Below are positions 39,635 to 49,224 of a DNA stretch of 64,000 nucleotides, piece by piece. The DNA is taken from positions 34,666 to 98,665 of the forward strand of contig CAMBQN010000008.1 of assembly GCA_945870025.1 (NCBI GenBank), written 5' to 3'. This DNA comes from Akkermansia muciniphila. GTDB taxonomy: Bacteria > Verrucomicrobiota > Kiritimatiellia > RFP12 > JAAYNR01. Under the pieces are notes generated by a model. The model was given only the letters and a program-made list of their open reading frames with translations. It had not been told where the DNA came from and made no database searches. Position numbers and translations under genes: made by a program. The stretch's first letter is position 1. The number at the start of each line of letters is the position of its first letter.

Positions 39635-40894
39635 CTACCGCGCACCTTCGGGATGCCCTGTAATTTCGCGCACGATCCGACAGGCTTCATCCAGACGGTT
39701 CTGCATGGCGCCGGTCAGGAGATTGGTGTCGCGGAAAACGAACTCGATGAAGAAGTCGGCCCCGATGTCGAGCGTCTCCTGCAAGTGCGCCCGGAATTCG
39801 GCCGGATCAAACGCGGTCCCGCACAGCTTGAGCGGCACGGGCTTGCGCGACCAGATCACGTTCCGATTGCACGCAGCCGCGAGTTTCTCCAAGTCGCACC
39901 ATGGGGTCACGCTGACCTTGCGCAGGCCGTTCAACTCCTGCAAATGCCCGATGATGGCGTGCACCGGCTCGCAGCAACCGAACTTCATCAGCTTGAACTT
40001 CGCCGCAAGCTTCCGGAAATGCGGCATCAGGAACTCCGCGAACATGTCCGGCGAGATGCTCGACGCCTCCTGCGCCTCCAGGTAGCCATAACGGTCGGTG
40101 GAGCGAACGGGTTCGCCGGGTGCGATGACCCGGCCGGGAATTTCGTCGCTAAACTGCGAACTGCCGGAGCAGTAGCCCTGGTTGCCGTCGTTGTTGAGCG
40201 TGAGCAACCCCTGATCCTCCTGCCATTGCCCCAGTGCGAGGTTCTCCTCGACCAGGAACGAAAACAGGCGATGTACGGCCTCGGGATTGATGGCCATCTG
40301 CAGATAGAGTTCCTCCATCCCCATCAGGTGAACAGCCTTGTTGGTAAAGCCGTCGGAATACCCGGAGTGCACAGACCCAACCTCCACGGGGAGCAGCCCC
40401 TTGAAGACATCCCGGGCCAGTTCTGCACGCTGCTCGGTCAGTTCGCGCTGCAGAACTTTCCGGCGATGCTTGAGCTTATGGAAGTCAGCATCGATGTCCT
40501 TGATCGGCTTGCTGGTCTCGTAGCCGAAACTCCCGCCATGGCCGTCATCCGCGTGCGTATAGCGCAGCTCGTCGCAGTAGCCGGTGACATCCGCCGCCCA
40601 GTCCACGACAAACCGGTCCGGAATGATCCGGTCATCGTTGATGCGCTCGTAAGCGGTCATGGCAAACAGCAGTTGCCACTCCAGCCAGTGGCAATCGGCA
40701 TCCGCACACTGCAACGGCGGCATCACATCGCGGAAGAAGGTGCCGTTGTCCTCGATATGGAAAGGGAAAGTCCGTGCTTTCAGCCCGTTGTTCAAGCGCC
40801 ATTTCATCCGGCGCTGCGCCATGACATCGTTCAACGCATACGCCGCATACGTGCCTGCTAGGCGCCTCAGTCGCAACATAGATGCATCTGTCAT
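39635..40894 (-). CDS. URO-D-like family protein, paralog A (divergent)
   Basis: Length is 419 aa. It sits 11 nt upstream of paralog B. A URO-D-like C-terminal region (KFGCCEPVH) is present. Confidence 0.5.
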   Translation of the reverse strand: MTDASMLRLRRLAGTYAAYALNDVMAQRRMKWRLNNGLKARTFPFHIEDNGTFFRDVMPPLQCADADCHWLEWQLLFAMTAYERINDDRIIPDRFVVDWAADVTGYCDELRYTHADDGHGGSFGYETSKPIKDIDADFHKLKHRRKVLQRELTEQRAELARDVFKGLLPVEVGSVHSGYSDGFTNKAVHLMGMEELYLQMAINPEAVHRLFSFLVEENLALGQWQEDQGLLTLNNDGNQGYCSGSSQFSDEIPGRVIAPGEPVRSTDRYGYLEAQEASSISPDMFAEFLMPHFRKLAAKFKLMKFGCCEPVHAIIGHLQELNGLRKVSVTPWCDLEKLAAACNRNVIWSRKPVPLKLCGTAFDPAEFRAHLQETLDIGADFFIEFVFRDTNLLTGAMQNRLDEACRIVREITGHPEGAR

Positions 40895-43548
40895 TTCATC
40901 ACCTCATTGGATTTTGCAGGTCTTGCCGCCGCGCCTGAAAAGGCGCCCTGACTCGTGTTGAAGTAACTCCCGGTGGTGGATTCCTGCAACACCACGGCGC
41001 GCACCTGATAAAAGAGGCTCCGTGTCTCATCCACGTCGTTGGCTGTCAATATCTTGATCGGCTCATTCGTCAGACGTTCATACGGGCCAAATTCGGATGC
41101 AGCCCGATACACGTGATAGCCCGCGACCGGTTGCGGGGAGGCGATCCAGGTCAGGCGCACGCCGCGGCCGGTAGCCTGCACGCGCACATCTGTCGGAGGC
41201 GCCACCCGATGCAGACGCAAAGTCGGGTCGCCCAGCAAGGCGATATGAATCCCTCGCGCAAAGGCGCCAGCAGGCTGGTAGTCTGTGCCGTCGTTGTTTT
41301 GCGTCCGCCGCAGCGCGTCGCCGATGGTCTCGCCCATGCCCATGGAATGCAGGTACCAGTGCGGACGGCCGGCCCACCCGCAGGTCAGCGCGCCCCGTTC
41401 ATGGGCGATCGTGGCCCGCATGAGATTGTCAGGCATGTTCCAGTCTCCGAAATAACTGCCGAACATGAACGAGAAAACCGCCTCGACCGGCGTCGTGACC
41501 AGCGCGGCGGTGTCGCCGAAGCCCTGCATGGACGTGGGGTGCCCCGGACCGCAGCCCGAGAAGAACACGCTCATGCCGGGCCTGACATTGGGCCAGGTGA
41601 CGGTGCGCACGTGATCCGGATCGAGCAGCGTGGTAAAGTTCTGCCAACCGCTGTAGGCAAAGCGCTCCGGCTGCCCGAAAAAGCCGTCATGAATCAGCGC
41701 GCGATCCGCCACGGGGAGTTGCGCCTGCCGGTAGGCGTGATCGCGATCCAGATACCGGCGGAGCAGGTTGGTCTCGCCGACGCGGAACGCCGGCAGGTTG
41801 GCGAAATCCACGCGCCCGACAGCGAGTTGCACCTGCCCGGGGATCTGACCCTGATCGGGCTTGCCATCGCCGGGCACGTTGAGCTGCGGGCCGTTGCCCG
41901 TGGTCTTCACGGTCGCGTCGGTCCACGTCCCCTCCATCGCGCCGTAGTAGACATCCGCAGGCCATGCACCGGCGTGCTCTCCATGTCCGTCCGGACAGAC
42001 GTTGCCCGCATAAGGAACGGGAACGTGCCCGAGGAGCAGCACCGTGTTCACGTTCGTCGGCGCGCGGTCGTATTCGGCGCGAATCCACTGCCGGATCTCG
42101 GCCGGCGTTTGCGTGGCCTGCACATCCTGTCGCCTGACGTTCCAGCCGTCGCCGACCAGATCGAGCGTCAGCCGGTGGATCTCCGGCGCCAGCGCCTCGG
42201 CCTGCGCGCGCTCGACCACCAGCAGCAGGGTGCCGCGCGTGTCGCGCAACGGAAGCGCGCTGCCGGTCCAGAAGTAATCCGAGTTGGCCCCGTCGCCTTT
42301 CCGGGTGACGGCATACTCGTAACGCTTCTCCTTCATCACCGAGGAGTCGCGGAATTCGCCGGCGGGAACATTCTCCGCCACGACCTGCCACGCTTCGCCC
42401 GACTGCCGGCGCGCAATGCCATACCCCGGCGGAGGCGCTTCCGGCAGGGTCAGAACGACCGTCAAGCCGGATGCGGCCGATTCCAGCCGCACATGCGTCT
42501 CAATCGCCATTTCCGCGCGCGGCAGATCCAGCGGAACGATATCCGTCAGCCGTCCGTCCACATCGAGCGAGACCGCCACATCGTCTGTTCCAGGCCCGGT
42601 CAACGTGGCGCGGGCGATCGCGTTGGTGCCCGCGACCAGTGTGCCGGACGCCAACACCCCGTCCGCCGACCGCAGCCGGACGGCGCGGTCGACCGCCGAC
42701 GCCGGCGCAAACACCTCGCATTCCGTTTTGCCCTCGCGGAGATTGGCCCGCACGCGGGCGCGTGCCGTGACCGGCGGCGAAGCCTTGTCGGACAGCCGGA
42801 TGCGGTGCAACTTGCGACTATCAAACGCCGCGCCCGTCATGGGAAACCAGAGCAGGTGATCCGCCGGGCGTCCCTTGCGGTCATGGCTGTTGACCATCAC
42901 CTGGAAGGCCACCTCGTCTCCCGACTTCGGCGCGATTCCCAGCGTCCGCCAAGGCAGCAACACTTCCATTCGGTAGCCGTCGGCGGTCCGTTGCCGCGCC
43001 AGACTCGGTGCCACGGCATTCGCCCGCAGTCTGGGTGCCGTGGCAAAATCCTGCAGGTTGACGCGCGGCTCCGGAAACCGGGCATCCATGCCCGGGGCCA
43101 CCAGCCACTGGCAGCGATCCGTTGATCCCGGATAGCGCGCGAGGTAGAACTCCACCGAGTCGCGGGCAAAGAGTTCCGAGATCTTCTCCGCCTCGCTCCA
43201 GTCGCTCCCCGCAACGTCCAGCAGCACCAACAGCCCGGCGTCATTCCACCCCAGCCGCATGCTGACCGCGCAGGCCTGCAGAGCGGGCATTGGCCCCTCC
43301 GCCGGGATCAGCATGTCCACGCGGAAACCGCCGTCACCCCAGTCCGTCGCGTGGCCATCCAGAAGCATGGCATCCATGCGCGGTACAGCAAACCCCGGCC
43401 ACGCACGCACGCTTTTTCTTTCCGACGCCCCGTCTGTCGTGCTACAGCCCATCATAGAGACTCCCAGTATAACCGCCAGACATGAGACTATCGTTGGCCA
43501 AAGCCGCCAGACGCCTGCCGCCGGTTTCCATCGCGTACGTGCGTTCAT
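40891..43548 (-). CDS. Lipoprotein with a CBM9/DOMON-like N-domain, a clan-CD (C25 gingipain-like) Cys-peptidase-like core and a C-terminal FN3
   Basis: A lipobox is present (VSMMGC). Candidate His/Cys dyad positions are DGHGEH and FFSGCGPG. Function is uncertain. Confidence 0.45.
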   Translation of the reverse strand: MNARTRWKPAAGVWRLWPTIVSCLAVILGVSMMGCSTTDGASERKSVRAWPGFAVPRMDAMLLDGHATDWGDGGFRVDMLIPAEGPMPALQACAVSMRLGWNDAGLLVLLDVAGSDWSEAEKISELFARDSVEFYLARYPGSTDRCQWLVAPGMDARFPEPRVNLQDFATAPRLRANAVAPSLARQRTADGYRMEVLLPWRTLGIAPKSGDEVAFQVMVNSHDRKGRPADHLLWFPMTGAAFDSRKLHRIRLSDKASPPVTARARVRANLREGKTECEVFAPASAVDRAVRLRSADGVLASGTLVAGTNAIARATLTGPGTDDVAVSLDVDGRLTDIVPLDLPRAEMAIETHVRLESAASGLTVVLTLPEAPPPGYGIARRQSGEAWQVVAENVPAGEFRDSSVMKEKRYEYAVTRKGDGANSDYFWTGSALPLRDTRGTLLLVVERAQAEALAPEIHRLTLDLVGDGWNVRRQDVQATQTPAEIRQWIRAEYDRAPTNVNTVLLLGHVPVPYAGNVCPDGHGEHAGAWPADVYYGAMEGTWTDATVKTTGNGPQLNVPGDGKPDQGQIPGQVQLAVGRVDFANLPAFRVGETNLLRRYLDRDHAYRQAQLPVADRALIHDGFFGQPERFAYSGWQNFTTLLDPDHVRTVTWPNVRPGMSVFFSGCGPGHPTSMQGFGDTAALVTTPVEAVFSFMFGSYFGDWNMPDNLMRATIAHERGALTCGWAGRPHWYLHSMGMGETIGDALRRTQNNDGTDYQPAGAFARGIHIALLGDPTLRLHRVAPPTDVRVQATGRGVRLTWIASPQPVAGYHVYRAASEFGPYERLTNEPIKILTANDVDETRSLFYQVRAVVLQESTTGSYFNTSQGAFSGAAARPAKSNEVMK

Positions 43549-45614
43549 GGTTGCTCCAGTTCTTGGTGCGGTGTACTCACCACACCGTTTCGATCATCGA
43601 ACACATTCAGAAACCACGTGGTTGCGCGCGGCGGCAGATCAGCCTCGATGCGCCCCGTGGCGGCATCGAAGCGCGCCGGGTGAATATTCCATTTGCGATC
43701 GGTCCAGTGACCCAAGGCGCGCGTGACACAGAGTTCCGCCTTCGTGATCGGCCGCGTGCTCTCGCAGACCGCCCACACCTTCGAACCGTCGCGGCCCTGC
43801 TCACGCAGGCGCGGGAGCGGCTCGCCGCCGCGCACGATGCTGTCCATGAAGACGCCGATCTCCGCTGGCGTCCACCCCTGGGGATGGCTGTGCCCCATCT
43901 CCACACGGATGCAGAGTGTGCGCTGTCCGCGCGGCAACTGGTACGACTTCTGCAGTATGGGAAGCGGGTATGGGCCGTCGTTGGTGCCACTGACCCAGCA
44001 CATCGGCAACGTCACTCCCGGCAGATAGTGCGACGGGTCCCAGAGATCGAGCCAGCGCCGCACCTGTTCAGCAGGACGTGTGCGGAAGGCGTTGTCGCTC
44101 CAGCCTGAATCGATCCCGAGGAAACCGCAGCCATAGACCGGAACGGCCGCGCGCAACCGCGTGTCGATGCCCGCCACGATGCAGGTTGCATACCCGCCCC
44201 AGGAGATGCCCGTAATACCGATGCGCCCGGCGTCCACGCCCGGCTGGGCGGCTAGCAGCGAGTGACCGGCAATGGCCGCAGCCACAGCATGATAGGGCCA
44301 CTGGTCTTCGATCGGATCGGCGGTATGGTCCATCGAATCTTCCCACCCGGCGGGGCCGGCGTGCTCATGGCGCGCGTGCGTCCCCCACTGCCTGGTCTCC
44401 GGCGCCCCCGGCACGCACCCGCACTGATCCATGGCAATGGCCGCATAGCCGCGGGCGTTCCACAAGCGCACCCACTCGTCCATGGCTGTGCCGCCTCCGC
44501 CGTGCAACAGCACGACGCCCGGGCAGGTCTGGCCAGCGGGCACTTCCGGAACGCCCAGCCACGCAAAGACACGCGTCGGCTTGCCCTGGTACGGCACGCT
44601 CTCGTAGAAGAGCGCCTGCACACCGGGCGCTGAAAAGTCCGGTGCCGGGAAGGTGGCAGGTGGGCGGGAGAGCATGGCGAGGGTCCAGCTCACTGACTTC
44701 GCTGCGCTCGTCAATGCCGCCTGTAGCGAGAAGCCGAAGGCATGCAACTTGTCCGAGAGAAGACGCCCCAAAGCAGGCAGATCCTTGGGATAGACCGATA
44801 TCAAACGCTTGCCCTCCTGCTGGTAGAGGGTCTGCTTCTTGTACATGCTCATCTTGTACTGCGGCGTGTCGAGGCCCCAGCACTCGATATACACGTCGAG
44901 TTCGGGCAGGTAGAAGTCCGGGCGGATCTGAAACTCACCGATGATCCTGAACTTGGCGTCATAGCGATAGGCCACGCCGTGCGCGGTCAGCCACTCGGCT
45001 ATCTTGCGCTCGCCTGCCGATTGCACGACTGTGCCGTCAGCCGCCTCGATGGTCTTGGCCAACTCGACTTTCATCTCGAAGTTGCGGCGCTCAAGAAACA
45101 CCTCGTCGAAGCACCGGTCGCAGAAAGGCCGCTGGAAGGAAGCATGCGATCGCGCGTATTCGTCTGCCGAGACCGCTGCGCTGCAACGTTGGCATTTGTG
45201 AACGGCCGTGGCAGCCGCAACCCGCAGAACTTCCTCGATATGCTCCACGGCCGACGCCGCATCGCGGCGGATGTAGTCTTTCTCAGCCGCGTTGGCAGCC
45301 ATGTCGCGCAGGTCGTGCAGGCAGGGCTCGGCCACAGCTCCGCAGGCCTTCAGCGCCTTGATCGCATACTGGCGGGTCTGCGCATGCGGATCGTTCCGCG
45401 CCACCGGCGCCAGCGCCGCCACGGCGGCACGCTGGTCCACGCCCAGCCACGCCAGCTTGCCGAGTGCCGAGGCCGCCAGCCGCCGCGCATTGGCCGAAGA
45501 CGACCGCAGCAAATCGAGCATTTCGCCAAAGCCCGCCACCTCGCCGTCGCGGCCGATCGCCACCGCGCGATCCGATAGCCGCTTCTCTAACTGCCTGTCC
45601 ATGGGGTTCTTCAT
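43545..45614 (-). CDS. Fusion protein: HEAT repeats + Zn ribbon + PD-(D/E)xK (DUF559/Vsr-like) + alpha/beta-hydrolase esterase
   Basis: A single 689 aa ORF contains HEAT repeats (AAVAALAPVARNDPHAQTRQYAIKALKACG), a Zn ribbon (CQRCSAAV...CDRC), a nuclease-like segment (IRPDFYLPELDVYIECWG) and an esterase nucleophile elbow (GITGISWGGYAT). Confidence 0.5.
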   Translation of the reverse strand: MKNPMDRQLEKRLSDRAVAIGRDGEVAGFGEMLDLLRSSSANARRLAASALGKLAWLGVDQRAAVAALAPVARNDPHAQTRQYAIKALKACGAVAEPCLHDLRDMAANAAEKDYIRRDAASAVEHIEEVLRVAAATAVHKCQRCSAAVSADEYARSHASFQRPFCDRCFDEVFLERRNFEMKVELAKTIEAADGTVVQSAGERKIAEWLTAHGVAYRYDAKFRIIGEFQIRPDFYLPELDVYIECWGLDTPQYKMSMYKKQTLYQQEGKRLISVYPKDLPALGRLLSDKLHAFGFSLQAALTSAAKSVSWTLAMLSRPPATFPAPDFSAPGVQALFYESVPYQGKPTRVFAWLGVPEVPAGQTCPGVVLLHGGGGTAMDEWVRLWNARGYAAIAMDQCGCVPGAPETRQWGTHARHEHAGPAGWEDSMDHTADPIEDQWPYHAVAAAIAGHSLLAAQPGVDAGRIGITGISWGGYATCIVAGIDTRLRAAVPVYGCGFLGIDSGWSDNAFRTRPAEQVRRWLDLWDPSHYLPGVTLPMCWVSGTNDGPYPLPILQKSYQLPRGQRTLCIRVEMGHSHPQGWTPAEIGVFMDSIVRGGEPLPRLREQGRDGSKVWAVCESTRPITKAELCVTRALGHWTDRKWNIHPARFDAATGRIEADLPPRATTWFLNVFDDRNGVVSTPHQELEQP

Positions 45615-45653
45615 GCCTTACTCCGGTGCTGGCGTCGACAAGCGCTAGCGAAG

Positions 45654-48545
45654 TCAGCCCTTATAGGCGATGCGTTTCACCACGATCGTTCCGCTCGCGA
45701 CCTCCACAAACGGCTTGCCCTTGCGCACCCCCACTGTGCCGTAGCCGGTAGCCGTGCAAAGGAAGGCGCGGAAGTCACCCTTGACTTTCGGCTCCAGGTA
45801 CAGCACCTGCTCGACGGCGTCGTAGCGCGCGCCGCTCAGGGCCTGCAGCAGGCCGTAGCTCGACATGGCGCGCGCATACCAGTGCCCGCACTCGTACTCG
45901 TCGAACGGATTGCGCCACTGGCCGTCGTGACGCTTGCGCACCGCGCGCACGATCATCAGCCCTTCCTTGACCTGACCGGTCATGATCAGGTGCGACGCCA
46001 CATCGTACTCGAAGCCGGTCCAGACCTCGTTGGAATACGGGAACGGCAACGACAGCTTGCCACCTTTGGGCCAGGTGCAGAGCAGCAAGCCGCTCTCCTG
46101 GCCGAAGGCATAGCCCGGCCGCTGCGGGTTGGCGTGATCGTGCAGCGACTCGCGGAAGTTGTGCGTAAACACCGACGCCAGATGCTTCGCGGTCTTCTTT
46201 GCATCCACCACCGGCCCCACCCCGCAGCAGCGCGCGATCCAGTCGCCCAGCACGCCATCCGCGAGACACCCCGTGCCGTACTGGTACTTCGGCCCTTCAC
46301 GCTTGAGGATGGCGATGGCTTCTGCGGAGTAGCCGCCGCCCATGGAAGGGTTCTTCACCGGGTCGCCGGCGCGCAGCCCCTCCCATTGCACCCGCTGGAA
46401 GAACCAGGCGCCGTTCCACAGCGTCGTGGCGATCGCCTTGCGACCCTTGGCCAGCAACGCCACATAACCCGCTACATCTTCGCCACAGGCCCGGCCCATG
46501 GCGATGGCGGCGGCCAGCGCGCCCAGGTAGAAGCTCGTGCACATTCCGTCCGCACCCCAGAACTCGATGTCGTAGGTGTTGTGGTGCGGCTCGATCAACG
46601 TGCCCGTGTGGTCGGGGTCCCACGCGCCGATGCAATAGTCGAGGCTCTGCTTCGCCGCAGGCCAGAGTGTCTTCATCCACTCCGTGTCGCCGCTGATGCG
46701 CCACTCGCGGTGCAGCTTCATCAGGCCGCCGAGCTGGCCGTCAGCAGCCGCATGGAACTGGTGGTCCGGCGTGCGGATGGGCAGCAAGGCACGGAAATTC
46801 TGATGCCCGCGCGCGTCCTGGGTCACGAGGAACTCGGTCTCGCGCAGCGTGCGCTCGAGATCCGGAAAGAGATGCGGTATGGCTTGCGCATAATTCCAGA
46901 CGTGCGTACAGGTGCCGTGGCAACAGCCGCTGCCGGCATGGCAACCCTCCCATGCCCAGAGCCGGCCGTCCGCCTGACGCAGAACGGTCGGCGACTTGAT
47001 GATCGCGAGATTCGCGGCCACGGACTCCACGACTTCGGCCGGCAACGTCGTGTCGTAGAAGCAGTCGCGGAACGCCGCGCTGGCCGCGCGCAGCCGGTCG
47101 TAATGGAGCCGCCAGTGTCCGGCGACCGCCGCGACATCGGCAAACTGCGCGGCATACCAAGGCACATAGAACGGCGACTCCGGCGCAGCGCTGTGGCAGG
47201 AACAGTCACTGCCGCACGCCGCCTCCGCCGGCTTCTGCAGGCTGACGCAAATCCCGTTCCCCTTGCCGTTATCCCGATCCAGGGCGATGCAGATCTCGTG
47301 CTCGCCCTGCTTTAGCGCGATGCGTACCTGCGTCCGGCTCATGGGCGACGGGCTGACCGTTCCCGGTGTCGCGACGACCGACAGGCCGTCCACAAAGACA
47401 CGCACCCCGCCATCGTGCCCCACGTGCAGGATCCGCTCGCAATCTTCCGCCACCTGCACATGCCGGGCCAAATAGACGATTCCGCTCTGCGGACGCAGGG
47501 CGCTGATGTTCACAAACTTCCAGCCGACATCGGTGGCCGGTTCCCATCCAACATCCTCAAAGAAACCGATATGCCGCACCTGCGTGATGTCACCGGCTGG
47601 CATAATCCGGGAGGCCTTCCAGCCGTCCAGCAGGAACGGCTCGCTCCCGTGCGGCATCGGCTCCCAGGCGCTGACCCACATGGTACTGCGCGGTACATGC
47701 CAGGCGAAATGAAGGCGAATCCTCTTCTCCGCCTTGGCCTTGAGCGCAAAGGGCACATACAGACTTCCGCCATTGCCCGCCCCGCCCTCGGCATGCGGCG
47801 GTTGCGCGACCACATCGCCATTCGCCACGTGGTTCCAAACCGTGTAGAGGGGATCGACCCACCCGCCGCGAAACCAGGCGGCATCCACGACCGTGGCTGG
47901 ATCGTCCGTGAACGCAGCAAACCCGCCCTCGGCATCGGGCTGGCTCGCCAGCGCGGGTTGAGACAGCACAAAACCGCGCTCCTTTACGTTGACCACCGCG
48001 TTGTCGCCGATCTTCATGAAATTTGCAGCGTGGAAAGAGAAGACGGCCTTGACCGGCTTAGCGCTGCGGTTGACGAACCGGTACTCGATGGCCGCCACCG
48101 GCAGGCTCGAATCATCGGCCACGCCCGGCGTGAACGGACTCCAACCGGTCAGCTCGGCAGTCACGGGCATCGCGGGGTCGGACAGCGAAACCGTCGCAAA
48201 CGGAAAGCGCGCCTGGAAAGACGCCTTGGCAAAACGCGGCAGCCCGTACGTGCGACCGCTCAGACCATTGCCCGGCTCGCCGAACGTGGGTCCCGTGGCG
48301 CTGCCCATGATCTTCCACATCGGCACCGGTCCTTCCAGAACCCGGGCCGTCTTGGCACCCTTCACGTGCAGGGCCGCAAAGACCTGCGGCTCGTGATTCA
48401 CATCCGGCTTATGCCGCAGCGAGACCTGCGAGAGCGCGCCGGTCCCTTCTAGGCTGAGCATGCCAGCGCCTATGCCCCCCATCGGGAAAGCCACGCGGTT
48501 CAACTGTTCGGCGGTGCGGGGTTGGATTCGGGATACGGCCTTCAT
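45654..48545 (-). CDS. GH116 (GBA2-type) beta-glucosidase
   Basis: The N-terminal FPMGGIGAGMLSLEG hallmark is present. The 963 aa protein has a six-hairpin catalytic domain. Confidence 0.8.
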   Translation of the reverse strand: MKAVSRIQPRTAEQLNRVAFPMGGIGAGMLSLEGTGALSQVSLRHKPDVNHEPQVFAALHVKGAKTARVLEGPVPMWKIMGSATGPTFGEPGNGLSGRTYGLPRFAKASFQARFPFATVSLSDPAMPVTAELTGWSPFTPGVADDSSLPVAAIEYRFVNRSAKPVKAVFSFHAANFMKIGDNAVVNVKERGFVLSQPALASQPDAEGGFAAFTDDPATVVDAAWFRGGWVDPLYTVWNHVANGDVVAQPPHAEGGAGNGGSLYVPFALKAKAEKRIRLHFAWHVPRSTMWVSAWEPMPHGSEPFLLDGWKASRIMPAGDITQVRHIGFFEDVGWEPATDVGWKFVNISALRPQSGIVYLARHVQVAEDCERILHVGHDGGVRVFVDGLSVVATPGTVSPSPMSRTQVRIALKQGEHEICIALDRDNGKGNGICVSLQKPAEAACGSDCSCHSAAPESPFYVPWYAAQFADVAAVAGHWRLHYDRLRAASAAFRDCFYDTTLPAEVVESVAANLAIIKSPTVLRQADGRLWAWEGCHAGSGCCHGTCTHVWNYAQAIPHLFPDLERTLRETEFLVTQDARGHQNFRALLPIRTPDHQFHAAADGQLGGLMKLHREWRISGDTEWMKTLWPAAKQSLDYCIGAWDPDHTGTLIEPHHNTYDIEFWGADGMCTSFYLGALAAAIAMGRACGEDVAGYVALLAKGRKAIATTLWNGAWFFQRVQWEGLRAGDPVKNPSMGGGYSAEAIAILKREGPKYQYGTGCLADGVLGDWIARCCGVGPVVDAKKTAKHLASVFTHNFRESLHDHANPQRPGYAFGQESGLLLCTWPKGGKLSLPFPYSNEVWTGFEYDVASHLIMTGQVKEGLMIVRAVRKRHDGQWRNPFDEYECGHWYARAMSSYGLLQALSGARYDAVEQVLYLEPKVKGDFRAFLCTATGYGTVGVRKGKPFVEVASGTIVVKRIAYKG

Positions 48546-48657
48546 GGACTGTTCCTTAATTCGTGGCTTGTGTGATCCAAGCAGGCCACGGACTTCTCGA
48601 CTCCCGCTTGGAAACGCGCTAGATGATGGCGTTTCCCATCGGCTCTGTCAAGCGGAG

Positions 48658-49224
48658 TCAGAAGCTATACAGCACAAAACCAACGAGGGCGCCGCCCGCC
48701 ATGCCGAGCAGCGGATTGACCCGGTAGCGCCAGGTCGCACCCCCCACCAAGGCGAACACCACAAGCCCACGCCAATCGATCGTGCGTGCGTCAAATCCCC
48801 CTTCTCCGATCATCACGGGCAAAACGCAGGCGGCGAAAAGCCCCAGCGCGGCGGCCAGGACAAGCCCGGCGACCACCGGACGCAGTAGCGCCAGCACGCG
48901 GACGCTGGCGGGAGCGTTGCGGTGCCGCCGCCACACCGCGCCCAACAGGCACACCACCAGCAGCGACGGCAACACGAGCGCCAGCGTCGCTACGAGCGCC
49001 CCGGCCACACCGCCGACCCGGAAACCGACAAACGTGGCGGTGTTGACGGCCATCGGACCCGGTGTCATCTCCGCCACGGCCAGGACGTCGAGGAACTCCG
49101 TCTCCGACATCCACCCGAGCGCCAGCATCTCGCTACGGATCAACGGCAGCATGGCCAGTCCGCCCCCGATCGTAAACAGCCCGATCTTGAAGAACACCGC
49201 CATCAGTTGGAACAGGACGCTCAT
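48658..49224 (-). CDS. chrA: Chromate transporter ChrA family, half-protein 2
   Basis: MSVLFQLMAVFFKIGLFTIGGGLAMLPL begins the protein. The ORF-track N-terminal extension is R/G-rich junk. Confidence 0.7.
   Translation of the reverse strand: MSVLFQLMAVFFKIGLFTIGGGLAMLPLIRSEMLALGWMSETEFLDVLAVAEMTPGPMAVNTATFVGFRVGGVAGALVATLALVLPSLLVVCLLGAVWRRHRNAPASVRVLALLRPVVAGLVLAAALGLFAACVLPVMIGEGGFDARTIDWRGLVVFALVGGATWRYRVNPLLGMAGGALVGFVLYSF

Noticed and set aside
40891-43548. Calling the lipoprotein a definite C25 gingipain-type protease
   Set aside because: Only weak His/Cys dyad resemblance is visible (DGHGEH, SGCGPG). It is kept as a tentative clan-CD-like annotation.
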